Source: Xanthobacteraceae bacterium
GTDB taxonomy: Bacteria > Pseudomonadota > Alphaproteobacteria > Rhizobiales > Xanthobacteraceae
Reading direction: 5' to 3'
DNA: 45,324 nucleotides
Assembly: GCA_035503415.1 (NCBI GenBank)
Contig: DATJTL010000270.1
Span: 1-45,324, forward strand
Below, piece by piece: positions 18,766 to 28,568 of the stretch; the first letter of the stretch is position 1; the number at the start of each line of letters is the position of its first letter. The notes beneath the pieces were generated by a model, which was not told the DNA's origin, did not search any database, and was given only the letters and a program-made list of their open reading frames with translations. The translations under genes were made by a program, and so were the position numbers.

Positions 18766-19432
18766 CGGGCGGCGTAAGCAGATAACCGAGGCCGCGCACC
18801 GTCTGGATCACATCGACACCGAGCTTCTTGCGGATGCGGCCGACGAACACTTCGATCGTGTTGGAATCGCGGTCGAAGTCCTGATCGTAAAGATGCTCGA
18901 CCAGTTCGCTGCGAGACACCACGCGACCGCTGTGATGCATCAAATAGGAGAGCAGCCGGTATTCGTGCGAGGTGAGCTTGACCGGGTTGCCGTCCACGGC
19001 AACGCGCCCGGTTCGCGTGTCCAGGCGCACCGAGCCGCAGGTGAATTCGCTCTTGGCATGCCCGGCGGAGCGGCGCAGCAGCGCGCGCACGCGCGCCAGC
19101 ACCTCTTCGAGATGGAACGGCTTGGCCACGTAATCGTCAGCGCCGGCGTCAAACCCCTGCACCTTGTCGCTCCAGCGGTCGCGCGCGGTGAGAATCAGCA
19201 CCGGCATCGTACGGCCCGCGCGCCGCCATGACTCGAGCACCGAAATGCCGTCCATTTTGGGGAGACCGATGTCGAGGATGACCGCGTCGTAGGGTTCGCT
19301 GTCGCCGAGGTAATGGCCTTCCTCACCGTCGAAGGCGCGATCGACGACATAGCCGGCGTCGGTCAGCGCAGTCGAAAGCTGGCGGTTGAGATCGGGATCA
19401 TCTTCAACGACGAGAAGGCGCACGGAAATCAA
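18755..19432 (-). CDS. OmpR/PhoB-family response regulator
   Basis: 225 aa: VRLLVVEDD..DAVILDIGLPKMDG receiver domain plus a winged helix (LTSHEYRLLSYLMHH..IEVFVGRIRKKL..TVRGLGYLL). Confidence 0.92.
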   Translation of the reverse strand: MISVRLLVVEDDPDLNRQLSTALTDAGYVVDRAFDGEEGHYLGDSEPYDAVILDIGLPKMDGISVLESWRRAGRTMPVLILTARDRWSDKVQGFDAGADDYVAKPFHLEEVLARVRALLRRSAGHAKSEFTCGSVRLDTRTGRVAVDGNPVKLTSHEYRLLSYLMHHSGRVVSRSELVEHLYDQDFDRDSNTIEVFVGRIRKKLGVDVIQTVRGLGYLLTPPDAH

Positions 19433-19439
19433 GCTCCGC

Positions 19440-19778
19440 TCAGCGTTTGCCGATCAGCGTGCCCTTGGTGGCATCGACGGTCAACCGCGCTACTTTGCCA
19501 TCGCGTGCCAGAACTGTCAGCACGTACACGAGTCCATCCTTACCGTGGCACAGCCGCGCCCGCACAACGCTGCCCGGCATCCGTTGTTTGGCGGCAAGTA
19601 TGGCGGCGGCGAGGCGGACCACCTTTCCGCTCTCGTTTGCCGCCCGCCGCTCTTTCTGATCAAGGCAAGCCCCCACCGCAGCGGCGCCTAGCTGCGGCCG
19701 CACGGGTCCTTCCGCGCGCGCCGATACAAGTGTAAGCACGGTCAGCGCAATAATCGCCGCTCGCACAGTGCGACCCAT
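19440..19778 (-). CDS. Small secreted PepSY-like domain protein
   Basis: 112 aa with signal peptide MGRTVRAAIIALTVLTLVSARA. The C-terminal pattern ..GSVVRARLCHGKDGLVYVLTVLARDGKVARLTVDATKGTLI resembles a PepSY fold. It sits 8 nt upstream of the RR gene, a common PepSY-RR-HK arrangement. Confidence 0.65.
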   Translation of the reverse strand: MGRTVRAAIIALTVLTLVSARAEGPVRPQLGAAAVGACLDQKERRAANESGKVVRLAAAILAAKQRMPGSVVRARLCHGKDGLVYVLTVLARDGKVARLTVDATKGTLIGKR

Positions 19779-19884
19779 GATTCGATCTAAGCGCCGCCCC
19801 GCTGAACTGTGCCTGAACGGCTGTTTCAGGGCAAGTTAAGCCAACGTAATCCGACAATTCCGACCCATCGGCTGGCGCACACGC

Positions 19885-20691
19885 ATGAGAAAACGAGCAG
19901 AGACGGTCCCGACCGGCACTCGCGCCGCCGCATTTCTTTGCGCGACGCTTGCGGCAGCATCCGTGGTGACGCGCGCGGCGGCAATGGTTGGCGGCGCTCC
20001 GCCGGCCGGCCAAGGCGCCGGCCGCTCGGTGGTCATGATCCTCGGCTCCTACGGCACCGCCTGCACGGCAACCGCGATCGCGCGCGATCTCTTGCTCACG
20101 GCGGCACACTGCGTTCAGCCGGGCGCCGACTACAAGCTCGCCGATACGTGGTCCAGCCCTACGCCGACGTTGAAGGACATCACGCGCATCGAACGCGATC
20201 CGCAATTCGAAATTAAGCGGCTGTTCGCCCATCTCGCCACCGCCGACGTGGCGCTCGCCAAACTGGCACAGCCGCTGCCCGGCAGATTTCCGCCCGTTCC
20301 GCTGGACGATGCCACCCAACCGATCTCGGCCGGCGATACGTTCGTAGTTGCAGGCTATGGCGTCACCGTGCGCGGCGACGGCCGCACCGGTGGAACGGTG
20401 CGCGCGGCGACGCTCATCGCCACCGGTACGCCGAATTCGCTGCAGCTGCGTTTGGTCGATCCGCACACCAACGATGAACGCCCCGGTCTCGGCGCCTGCG
20501 CCGGCGATTCCGGAGCGCCGACCTTCCGCGAGACGGGTGGCAATTACACCATCGTCGGCGTAGTGAGCTGGTCGACCGGACCGAAACTGTCGGGCGGCTG
20601 CGGGGGACTGACCGGTGTCACGCCACTTGCCAGCCATCGCGCGTGGATCGTGGAAACCGCCCGCGCGCTCGGCTCGCCGCTCGCACCGTAA
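19885..20691 (+). CDS. Secreted trypsin-like (S1 family) serine protease
   Basis: 268 aa with a signal peptide and the catalytic triad motifs LLTAAHCV, ADVALAKL and CAGDSGAP. Confidence 0.85.
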   Translation: MRKRAETVPTGTRAAAFLCATLAAASVVTRAAAMVGGAPPAGQGAGRSVVMILGSYGTACTATAIARDLLLTAAHCVQPGADYKLADTWSSPTPTLKDITRIERDPQFEIKRLFAHLATADVALAKLAQPLPGRFPPVPLDDATQPISAGDTFVVAGYGVTVRGDGRTGGTVRAATLIATGTPNSLQLRLVDPHTNDERPGLGACAGDSGAPTFRETGGNYTIVGVVSWSTGPKLSGGCGGLTGVTPLASHRAWIVETARALGSPLAP

Positions 20692-20753
20692 CGCCCAAAC
20701 AGCCAGCGGACCGGCGAGAAGCCATCCGGAACGGTAGCGAGCTCTAACCGGCG

Positions 20754-21392
20754 TCAAAAGCCGATCAGATCAAGCTTCGTCAGCGTCACCTGATTACTGA
20801 TGCGAGCGGCGTTGGCGAGGTGCCAGGCCGTGTAGAGTTCAGGGAACAGATCGTCCGCCGACATGGCGTCGACCGGTACGATCACCTTGAAGCCGCGCAG
20901 GGCCGCTTCGCCGCCGGTGTGCAGCACCGACGTCTGCGCCTGGGTGCCCATCGCCACTACGGTCTTGATGCCCTTATCGTGGAGCGTCTTTTCCAGATCG
21001 CTGTTTATGAACTTGTCGGGACCAAGCGGCGGCAGCACCTCTTCGCCCGCCGCCGGCGTCAGTTCCTTGAGAATGTCGGCTGCAACCGACTTCGGAACGG
21101 CGACGCTGTAGATGATCAATGCGCCTTTGGCGCGCGCCTCCTCGACGAACTTTTTCACCTTCGGCACCGAGGCGGCGCAGCGCGGCCGCCGCGCCGGTGT
21201 GCAGGTCTGTACCGTGAAATCCATCACCAAAAGCGCCGTGGTCTTCGGATCGATGGTGACCGGCTTAAGTTGCGGCGGCGGCGGCAGCTTGGCCTGATAC
21301 CATTCATCGATGATGGTTTGCGCAGATGCCGCTCCATGCGAACCGACAATTGCGAACAGAGCGACGGTCATCACTATGCAGAAGCGTCCCAT
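20754..21392 (-). CDS. Isochorismatase-family cysteine hydrolase with signal peptide
   Basis: 212 aa with signal peptide MGRFCIVMTVALFAIVGSHGAASA. TALLVMDF, the lysine region and GTQAQTSVLHT.. fit the isochorismatase-like layout. The family call rests on motif resemblance only. Confidence 0.72.
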   Translation of the reverse strand: MGRFCIVMTVALFAIVGSHGAASAQTIIDEWYQAKLPPPPQLKPVTIDPKTTALLVMDFTVQTCTPARRPRCAASVPKVKKFVEEARAKGALIIYSVAVPKSVAADILKELTPAAGEEVLPPLGPDKFINSDLEKTLHDKGIKTVVAMGTQAQTSVLHTGGEAALRGFKVIVPVDAMSADDLFPELYTAWHLANAARISNQVTLTKLDLIGF

Positions 21393-21464
21393 ATATTCCT
21401 CCCGGCTTGACGTAGTCTTGCATACTTTTTCTTGCGGCGGTTTATCGCATCACCGCCGGCGCCG

Positions 21465-23000
21465 CTACTTCGCCGGCACCGACGGTTCACGCGCGGCGGG
21501 TTGCGCGAGCACTGTGGTTCGCAACGGCCGCTCTTCCATGAAGATCAGCGAGACGATGCCTATCAAAAGAAACAGCGCCCCCACTGCAAATATATGGCTG
21601 AACGTGCGGACGAGATGATCCATCGAGACGTCTCCCGCCACCGTGACGATGGTCGACGACAGACCGCCGCGCTGCGGGGCGGTGCCGAGATGGGTGAGCA
21701 TGATCGCGCCCATCACCGCGACCACGAAGGCGCTGGCCAGTGCCCGGAAGAAGTTCATCGCTCCCATGGCGATGCCGATCTGCCGATGCGCCACTGCATT
21801 CTGGATAGAAACGGTCACGACCGGATACGAGCTGCCAGTGCCCATGCCAACGAGGCCCGTGACCAGGGACACGACCCATACCGGCATGAGCGGGTGGACG
21901 GCGAGCAGCGCCACCGCGAGCGTGGCGATCGACAGCATCAGGATGGGGAACCACTTGTAGCGATTCAAATAGAGCATGCAGCGCCCGGAGAGGAACGAGC
22001 CGGGCGTCGTCATGATCACGATCGGGATGAGTGCGAGACCGGAATCGCTTGCCGACAGTCCATGCACAAGCTCGTAATAGAGCGGCACGAAGATGGTGAG
22101 CCCGATGGCGACGCCCTGCGAGCACGCTGAGGTGAGGCTGCCCGCACGCATGACCGGGTTTTTCAAGACTGCGATCGGTAGGAACGGCTCCGGCGCGCGC
22201 AGCATCCAGAAAACGCACGCACCCGAAAGCCCGAGCGCCGCGGCGAACAGCAGAGCGATCTGTTGTGACAGCCACGGGTAGCGCGTCCCGCCCCAAGTCA
22301 GCGCGAGCAGGAGCGTGGTCGCGGCCGCCATCATCAGCGCGGCGCCGGTGGCGTCGATCTTATGCGCGCGCTCGTGGACCGGGACGAGCTTTAACTGCCG
22401 ATGGGAGAGAAAGGCCGCCGCCAGGCCGAGCGGCACGTTGAGCCAGAAAATCATCGACCAATGCAGGTGCTCGGCGATGACGCCGCCAAGCACCGGGCCG
22501 GCAGCGCCAGCGATGATCCACACCGAACCGGTATAGGCCTGATAGTAACCGCGCTCGCGGGGCGGCACCGCGTCGGCAAGAATCGACTGCGCCAGCGGCA
22601 CGATGCCACCGCCGCCGATGCCCTGCAGGCCTCTGCCAACGATCAGCATCAGGATGCTCGGGGCGGCGGCGCTCGCGGCGGAGCCCGCTATGAATACACC
22701 AAGCGCCACCAGCATCATGCCGCGCCGGCCGTAAATGTCGCTGAGCTTGCCGTAGAGGGGAGCGACGACGGTCGATGTCAACAGATAGGCGATGACCACC
22801 CAGGACAGATCGTCGAAATCGTCGAAGGAGCGCCCGATTGTGGGCAAGGCTGTCGCCACGATGGTCTGATTAAGCGCGGAGAGAAACATCGCCAGCGCCA
22901 AACCGCCGATGATGCCAACCACCTCGCGCCGGCCAAGCTTGTGTTCGGCGGAGGGGCCTGCGGCGCCCTCCCCTGCGGCGGCATCTCCTGCCTGTGGCAT
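21465..23000 (-). CDS. MFS transporter, DHA2 (EmrB/QacA-like, 14-TMS) family
   Basis: I use the ATG at 23000 (MPQAGDAAAGEG..). The sequence shows LALAMFLSALNQTIVATALPTIG, the MFS motif A GKLSDIYGRR and many TM segments. The 819-aa track ORF (to 23924) runs into the upstream paralogue and is an artefact. Confidence 0.88.
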   Translation of the reverse strand: MPQAGDAAAGEGAAGPSAEHKLGRREVVGIIGGLALAMFLSALNQTIVATALPTIGRSFDDFDDLSWVVIAYLLTSTVVAPLYGKLSDIYGRRGMMLVALGVFIAGSAASAAAPSILMLIVGRGLQGIGGGGIVPLAQSILADAVPPRERGYYQAYTGSVWIIAGAAGPVLGGVIAEHLHWSMIFWLNVPLGLAAAFLSHRQLKLVPVHERAHKIDATGAALMMAAATTLLLALTWGGTRYPWLSQQIALLFAAALGLSGACVFWMLRAPEPFLPIAVLKNPVMRAGSLTSACSQGVAIGLTIFVPLYYELVHGLSASDSGLALIPIVIMTTPGSFLSGRCMLYLNRYKWFPILMLSIATLAVALLAVHPLMPVWVVSLVTGLVGMGTGSSYPVVTVSIQNAVAHRQIGIAMGAMNFFRALASAFVVAVMGAIMLTHLGTAPQRGGLSSTIVTVAGDVSMDHLVRTFSHIFAVGALFLLIGIVSLIFMEERPLRTTVLAQPAAREPSVPAK

Positions 23001-23146
23001 TGAGCGCGGCGCCGCTGCGGGTCCCAGATCTGGCGATGTTGTCACCGACACGCTTGACCGCCGCGCTAAGAAAGTCCCCTCGTAGCTTTGCGCCGCGCCG
23101 GGGCCGACGCAAGACGGGTGGCGCGGGACAGCTATGCTCCGGAACT

Positions 23147-24754
23147 TTACTCGGCCGCGGTTTCGGCAGCGCGGAGCGGCCCATGCAACGGCCGCTCCTC
23201 CACGCCCAGAAGGCTCGCAAACGAAATGCCGAGACAGACCGCTGCGGCGATAAAAACCCAGTGAAAGGCGGCGGCGAAATCGCCGTGTCCCGCCGTGAGA
23301 TTGTCCACCGTTGCGGCCGATGACCCCCCACTCACCCCACTGAGCACGATCGCGCCGAAAACCGCCACCACAATCGCGCCGCCAAGCGTGCGGAAGAAGT
23401 TGAGCGTACCGGTGGCGGTGCCGAGTTGATGCGGCTTGACCGCGTTCTGCATGACGATCGTGCTGACCGGGTACATCGGACCAAGGCCCAAACCGAGCAC
23501 TCCGAGAAGTCCGACGACCTCGGCAAGCGTAAGCCCCGCTGGATTGACAGCAAGCACCGTAAGCGTGGCGACAGCCACAACGAGGCCGCCTAGGGGCACG
23601 CGCATATAACGTTTGATGCGCACGATGTAGCGCGTTGATACCAGCGAGCCCAGGGTGGCACCGCCCATATAGGCGATGAGCGCGAGGCCGGAGAGGCTCG
23701 CGGAGACGCCGAGCACGGTCTGACAATAAAGCGGCATGTAGATGGTCACGCCGATGATCGTGCCTATTGAGAAGAATGCGGCGATTGTCATGGTCGAGGT
23801 CACTCGTCCGTGCAGAATCGCCAAGGGAATGAACGGCTCGCGCGCGCTCAGAAGCCGCAGTGCGAACAGCCCCCAGAGCGCCGCCGATGCCGCGATCAGG
23901 CTGAGCAGCCGCGCCGAACCCCATGGGTAATGCGACCCGCCGAGGCTAAGCGCCAGCATGAGCAGAATCGCAGCGCCGACCATCAACGCAGCGCCGATGA
24001 CGTCGAGGCGATGCGGCCGGTCATTGCGCGGCAGACGGCGCAGCGCCCGCTCGGTCATCACCAGGGCGACAAGGCCGAGCGGCACGTTGATCCAGAAAAT
24101 AAATGACCAATGCAGATGATCGGTGAGAAAGCCGCCCAGCACCGGGCCGAGAATGCTGGCGCTCATGAACATGATCGAGGTGCGGCCCTGTATCACCGGC
24201 CGTTCCCGCGGCGACAGCAGGTCCGCGATGATGGTTTGCGCGATCGGCAATAGGCCGCCACCACCGATGCCTTGCAGGGCGCGGGAGAGCACGAGGACCC
24301 AGAGCGTCGGCGCAAGCGCGCAGGCAATCGAGCCGAGGATGAAGATCGTGATGGCGAGCATGAGCACGGCGCGGCGGCCGTAGATGTCCGAGAGCTTGCC
24401 AAACAGCGGCGTCGTCGCCGTGAGCGCGAGCAGATAGGCGGTGATGACCCAGGACAGATCGTCGACATTGCCAAGACTTCGGCCGATGGCCGGCAGCGCC
24501 GGCGCCACGATCGTCTGCTCCAGCGCAGAGAGGAACATCGCCAGCATGATGCCGGCGACGATGGCGCGGACGGTGGCGTGGTCGAGTGGCGCTGCGGTGG
24601 CGGGCTGATGCGCAGCTTTCTCCGCACCGCGCGGTTCCGCCACCACAGGTCGTGCGGCGCGCATCGTCGCGACATCGTCACCCAATGGCTCGATGACCAC
24701 GCTCGAGGCCTCTTCGCGCGTTGCATTGTATGTCACGTCAGAAAACCATCCCAT
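23147..24754 (-). CDS. MFS transporter, DHA2 (EmrB/QacA-like) family, tandem paralogue
   Basis: 535 aa with IMLAMFLSALEQTIVAPALPAIG and GKLSDIYGRR, the same architecture as the downstream gene. The true start may be an internal Met (MRAARPVV..). Confidence 0.85.
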   Translation of the reverse strand: MGWFSDVTYNATREEASSVVIEPLGDDVATMRAARPVVAEPRGAEKAAHQPATAAPLDHATVRAIVAGIMLAMFLSALEQTIVAPALPAIGRSLGNVDDLSWVITAYLLALTATTPLFGKLSDIYGRRAVLMLAITIFILGSIACALAPTLWVLVLSRALQGIGGGGLLPIAQTIIADLLSPRERPVIQGRTSIMFMSASILGPVLGGFLTDHLHWSFIFWINVPLGLVALVMTERALRRLPRNDRPHRLDVIGAALMVGAAILLMLALSLGGSHYPWGSARLLSLIAASAALWGLFALRLLSAREPFIPLAILHGRVTSTMTIAAFFSIGTIIGVTIYMPLYCQTVLGVSASLSGLALIAYMGGATLGSLVSTRYIVRIKRYMRVPLGGLVVAVATLTVLAVNPAGLTLAEVVGLLGVLGLGLGPMYPVSTIVMQNAVKPHQLGTATGTLNFFRTLGGAIVVAVFGAIVLSGVSGGSSAATVDNLTAGHGDFAAAFHWVFIAAAVCLGISFASLLGVEERPLHGPLRAAETAAE

Positions 24755-24943
24755 CGAAATCAGGGCGGCAGTGCCGGCCTATATCTCACGCGCCACCACA
24801 TAACCGGCGGCCGCATGGCGTCCGCGCCATAGGCAACCCGCATCACTTGGCTTGCGCCACTTGGCAATGCAACCGCCCCCCTCGCAGAGCAGGGGTGCGT
24901 ATAACCGATCGGCGCGAAATGCACGCTTTTCGCTGTGGCCGCG

Positions 24944-25456
24944 TTAGTCCTGAGGTCTCCGCCGCGCCCGCTTAGGCAGGCGAAGCGGCCAACTCACGAT
25001 GTAGTCCTCAAGGTCCTCGTCGGGCACGTCACGCTCGCTCGCGCCTACCCTGCCGCGCACCGAGACGCCCGCCGCATGCACCGTCTCCGGGTCGCCGGAC
25101 ACCAGCGGGTGCCACCAATAAAGGTCCTTGCCCTCGTCGAGGAGAACGTAGGCGCACGACGGCGGCAGCCAGGTGATGGTTTTGAGGGTCTCGGGCGTCA
25201 GCCGCACGCAATCGTCAATCTGTTCCAACCGGTGCGCGTAATCCTGGCAGCGGCAGGTCTGCCCATCCAGCAGGCGGCAGCCGACGTCGGTGTAGAAGGT
25301 ACGGTCCGTCCCTTCCTCCTCAAGCTTGTTGAGGCAGCAGCGGCCGCAGCCGTCGCAGAGGCTTTCCCATTCGGTATCGGTCATTTCCTCCAATGACTTG
25401 CGTTGCCAGAAAGGGACTTCGGTACGACCGCTTCGCCGGTTATCGTCAGTTGCCAT
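24944..25456 (-). CDS. ycgN: YcgN/UPF0260-family cysteine-cluster protein
   Basis: [64 protein letters not shown] matches the YcgN pattern. I prefer the ATG at 25456 over the longest-ORF start at 25489. Confidence 0.85.
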   Translation of the reverse strand: MATDDNRRSGRTEVPFWQRKSLEEMTDTEWESLCDGCGRCCLNKLEEEGTDRTFYTDVGCRLLDGQTCRCQDYAHRLEQIDDCVRLTPETLKTITWLPPSCAYVLLDEGKDLYWWHPLVSGDPETVHAAGVSVRGRVGASERDVPDEDLEDYIVSWPLRLPKRARRRPQD

Positions 25457-25700
25457 CTTGTTCTCCCGGCCGCCAAGGCGTCTGCCCACGCCGCGCAGGC
25501 AATTCGCGGCGAATATTTTGCGGTATTTGAGCCACTAAGCCAAATTTGCCCCCAATTTCCATTCACCCTGTGGCTCGTGCGGCATTGGCCCGCGCCGCCG
25601 GGTGAGCTAAAGCTTGACCGGCCAGAGGCTTGATGGCCAGCCGTTCTCCCGCCGCAAGGGCAAATCGCGCGGGTGAGGCCTGTTCCCGGAGCGTGCAATC

Positions 25701-27977
25701 GTGACCGACATTTTTCCCGATCCCGGCGAAAACTGGCGGCCGAAGCTTAAGCGGCTCCTGCTCGATATCGACTCGCGAATCGATTTCGCGGTTTTTGCCA
25801 GCGGTAAATGGACGCGCGAAATCTACGAGCGTTTCACTGCCGGCATGGACCGGTTCCACGTCTCGGGATGGCGGCGCTGGCTGATCGTAGAACCGCTTGC
25901 CGAGATGGCCACGATAGGGGCCGGCGTACTTCTGCTTTTCCTTTCCTTGTCCCTGCCGGCTTACCGGCAGACGTCGGATAAGGACTGGCTGAAAAAATCC
26001 GACCTCGCGGTGACGTTCCTCGACCGCTACGGCAACAAGATCGGCAGCCGCGGCATCAAGCACAATGATTCGGTGCCGCTCGATGAAATGCCGGATAACC
26101 TGATCAAGGCAGTGCTGGCGACCGAAGACCGACGCTTTTACGAACATCTCGGCATCGACGTCCTGGGCACGTTCCGCGCAATGCTGACCAACGCCGAAGC
26201 CGGCGGCGTGGTGCAGGGCGGCTCCACGATCACCCAGCAACTCGCCAAGAATCTGTTTCTCTCCAACGAGCGCACCTATACGCGCAAGATCAACGAGGCG
26301 TTTCTCGCCGGCTGGCTCGAAGCGCATCTGACCAAGAACGAGATTCTCAAGCTCTACCTTGACCGCGCCTACCTGGGCGGCGGCGCTTTCGGCGTCGACG
26401 CTGCAACGGAATATTATTTCGGCAAGTCGGTGCGTGATGTCACGCTGCCCGAGGCGGCGATGATCGCCGGCATGTTCAAGGCGCCGGTCAAATATTCTCC
26501 GCTCGTCAACCTGCCGGCCGCGCGCGCGCGCGCCAACGTCGTGCTCGATAATCTGGTCAATGCAGGCTTCATGACGGAGGGGCAGGTCTACGGCGCGCGG
26601 CGCCATCCGGCGACGCCGATCTATCACACCGAAGACGAAGCGCCGAACTATTATCTCGACTGGGCCTTCGACGAGATGCGCCAGCTCGTCGAGACATTTC
26701 CGAAGTCGGTCACCGACCGCTATTTCGTGGTGCGCACCGCGCTCGACATGGATCTGCAGCGCTACGCGGATCACGTCGTCGACGCCAATCTGCGCGATTA
26801 CGGCCACCAATACGGAGCGAGCCAAGCCGCCGTCGTAATCGCCGACCTTGACGGCGCGGTACACGCCATGGTCGGCGGGCGCAATTACGACGAAAGCCAG
26901 TTCAATCGCGCGGTCGACGCGATGCGCCAGCCCGGATCATCGTTCAAGCCCTACGTCTACGCCACCGCGCTGGCCAACGGGTTCACGCCCAATTCGGTCG
27001 TGGTCGATTCACCCGTGTGCATTGGCAATTGGTGCCCGCACAATTACGAAAACAGCTATTCCGGTGCGGTGACGCTGATCGAGGCGCTGACCCGTTCGAT
27101 CAACGTCATTCCGGTCAAGCTTTCGATCGCGTTGGGCGACGGGAACGCCAAGATCGGCCGCGCCAAGATCGTGCAGACCGCGCGCAATATGGGCATCGTC
27201 ACCCCTCTGCCTGACACGCCGTCGCTGCCGATCGGCGCCGACGCGGTGACCCCGCTCGAACACGCGGTGGCTTATGCGACGTTCCCTAATCTCGGCAAGG
27301 CCGTGGTCCCCCACGCCGCGCTCGAAGTACGCACCGGCACCGGCAAGCTGGTGTGGCGCTTCGACCGCGACGGCACCCCGCCGCGACAGGTGATCAGCCC
27401 CCAAGTGGCCGTCGAGATGATCAAGATGATGAATTCGGTGGTGGACAACGGCACCGGCAGGCGCGCAGAGCTCGACGGCATCCCGACCTGCGGCAAGACC
27501 GGCACCACCAACGATTGGCGCGACGGATGGTTCGTCGGCTACACGGGAAATTTTGTCGGCGCCGTGTGGATGGGCAACGACGACTTTTCGCCCACCAATC
27601 ATATGACCGGCGGTTCGCTGCCGGCGATGACGTGGCACGACATCATGGCCTATGCACACCAGGGCGTCGAACTGCGCCAGCTGCCGGGCATGCCCGCTCC
27701 GCAGCACACGACGGTGGTCGCCGAGGGCGCGTTCAAGGCTAGCGACGAGCCGCATCCGGCATTGCTCACGCACAAAGCGACCGAAGCGCTCGTTCATGTC
27801 GAACAGGTACTGGATGACGCCGACCACGCGCTTGCCGCGCAGGCCTCGCCGCCGCCGACGCTTGGCGCGCTCGATCGCAATACCGGGGGCAATGGCAACG
27901 GCGGCCAGGATTATACCGACACGGTCGCAGCGGCGGTGGCGGACCAGAAATCCTCGGCGGCCCCACGCGGCGACTGA
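25701..27977 (+). CDS. Bifunctional penicillin-binding protein, PBP1A family (glycosyltransferase GT51 plus transpeptidase)
   Basis: 758 aa from a GTG start, with a TM anchor. GT51 motifs EDRRFYEHLGID and GGSTITQQLAKN. Transpeptidase motifs SSFKP, SYSG (SxN-like position) and KTGTT. Confidence 0.92.
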   Translation: MTDIFPDPGENWRPKLKRLLLDIDSRIDFAVFASGKWTREIYERFTAGMDRFHVSGWRRWLIVEPLAEMATIGAGVLLLFLSLSLPAYRQTSDKDWLKKSDLAVTFLDRYGNKIGSRGIKHNDSVPLDEMPDNLIKAVLATEDRRFYEHLGIDVLGTFRAMLTNAEAGGVVQGGSTITQQLAKNLFLSNERTYTRKINEAFLAGWLEAHLTKNEILKLYLDRAYLGGGAFGVDAATEYYFGKSVRDVTLPEAAMIAGMFKAPVKYSPLVNLPAARARANVVLDNLVNAGFMTEGQVYGARRHPATPIYHTEDEAPNYYLDWAFDEMRQLVETFPKSVTDRYFVVRTALDMDLQRYADHVVDANLRDYGHQYGASQAAVVIADLDGAVHAMVGGRNYDESQFNRAVDAMRQPGSSFKPYVYATALANGFTPNSVVVDSPVCIGNWCPHNYENSYSGAVTLIEALTRSINVIPVKLSIALGDGNAKIGRAKIVQTARNMGIVTPLPDTPSLPIGADAVTPLEHAVAYATFPNLGKAVVPHAALEVRTGTGKLVWRFDRDGTPPRQVISPQVAVEMIKMMNSVVDNGTGRRAELDGIPTCGKTGTTNDWRDGWFVGYTGNFVGAVWMGNDDFSPTNHMTGGSLPAMTWHDIMAYAHQGVELRQLPGMPAPQHTTVVAEGAFKASDEPHPALLTHKATEALVHVEQVLDDADHALAAQASPPPTLGALDRNTGGNGNGGQDYTDTVAAAVADQKSSAAPRGD

Positions 27978-27989
27978 CCGCAGCCGGAC

Positions 27990-28568
27990 ATGCGTCTACT
28001 TTTTGGTTCTTTTTTCACGTTTCTCCTCGCCGCAGTGATCGGCCTGGGCGCAACTTGGTTTACGCTCACGCGCGGCATCGCGTTCGGCTCGTTGACGATT
28101 GGGGCGTGGACAGCGTGGCCGAAGAGCGGCTCGCAGGACATCGATCCCTATGCGCACGCCGCGATTTCCCGCGACGGGGAACTGCCGGTTGGCATCGGCG
28201 ACGGCGTTGCATTCATTGCCAAGACCGATGATGCCGGACACCCCCTCGACGGGCGCTGCACGTTTTTGTTGAACGGCATGACGCCGCCTGCGCGCTTTTG
28301 GACCGTCACACTTTACAGCCCGACGGGCTTGCTGGTGGCGAACGCGATCAACCGCCACGGCTTCACCAGCGAGGAGATCGTGCGAGGCGCCGACGGCCGC
28401 TTCACCATCGCGCTGGCGCCGCAGGCACGGCCGGGCAATTGGCTACCGACCGGCGGGATCGAGCATTTCGTGCTGGTGTGGCGGCTCTACGACACGCCGA
28501 TCGGCGTGGCAGCGACCACGATGAAAGAGGGGCCGATGCCCGCGATCGAGCGAAAGGGCTGTTCATGA
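27990..28568 (+). CDS. DUF1214-like membrane-anchored protein
   Basis: 192 aa with an N-terminal TM. The pattern DPYAHAAISRDGELPVG..FWTVTLYSP.. resembles DUF1214. Family call from memory. Confidence 0.7.
   Translation: MRLLFGSFFTFLLAAVIGLGATWFTLTRGIAFGSLTIGAWTAWPKSGSQDIDPYAHAAISRDGELPVGIGDGVAFIAKTDDAGHPLDGRCTFLLNGMTPPARFWTVTLYSPTGLLVANAINRHGFTSEEIVRGADGRFTIALAPQARPGNWLPTGGIEHFVLVWRLYDTPIGVAATTMKEGPMPAIERKGCS

Noticed and set aside
21465-23924. 819-aa ORF in the track
   Set aside because: Its N-terminal ~300 residues are an out-of-frame read through the upstream MFS paralogue (23147-24754) and look non-protein-like. The MFS signature begins after the ATG at 23000.
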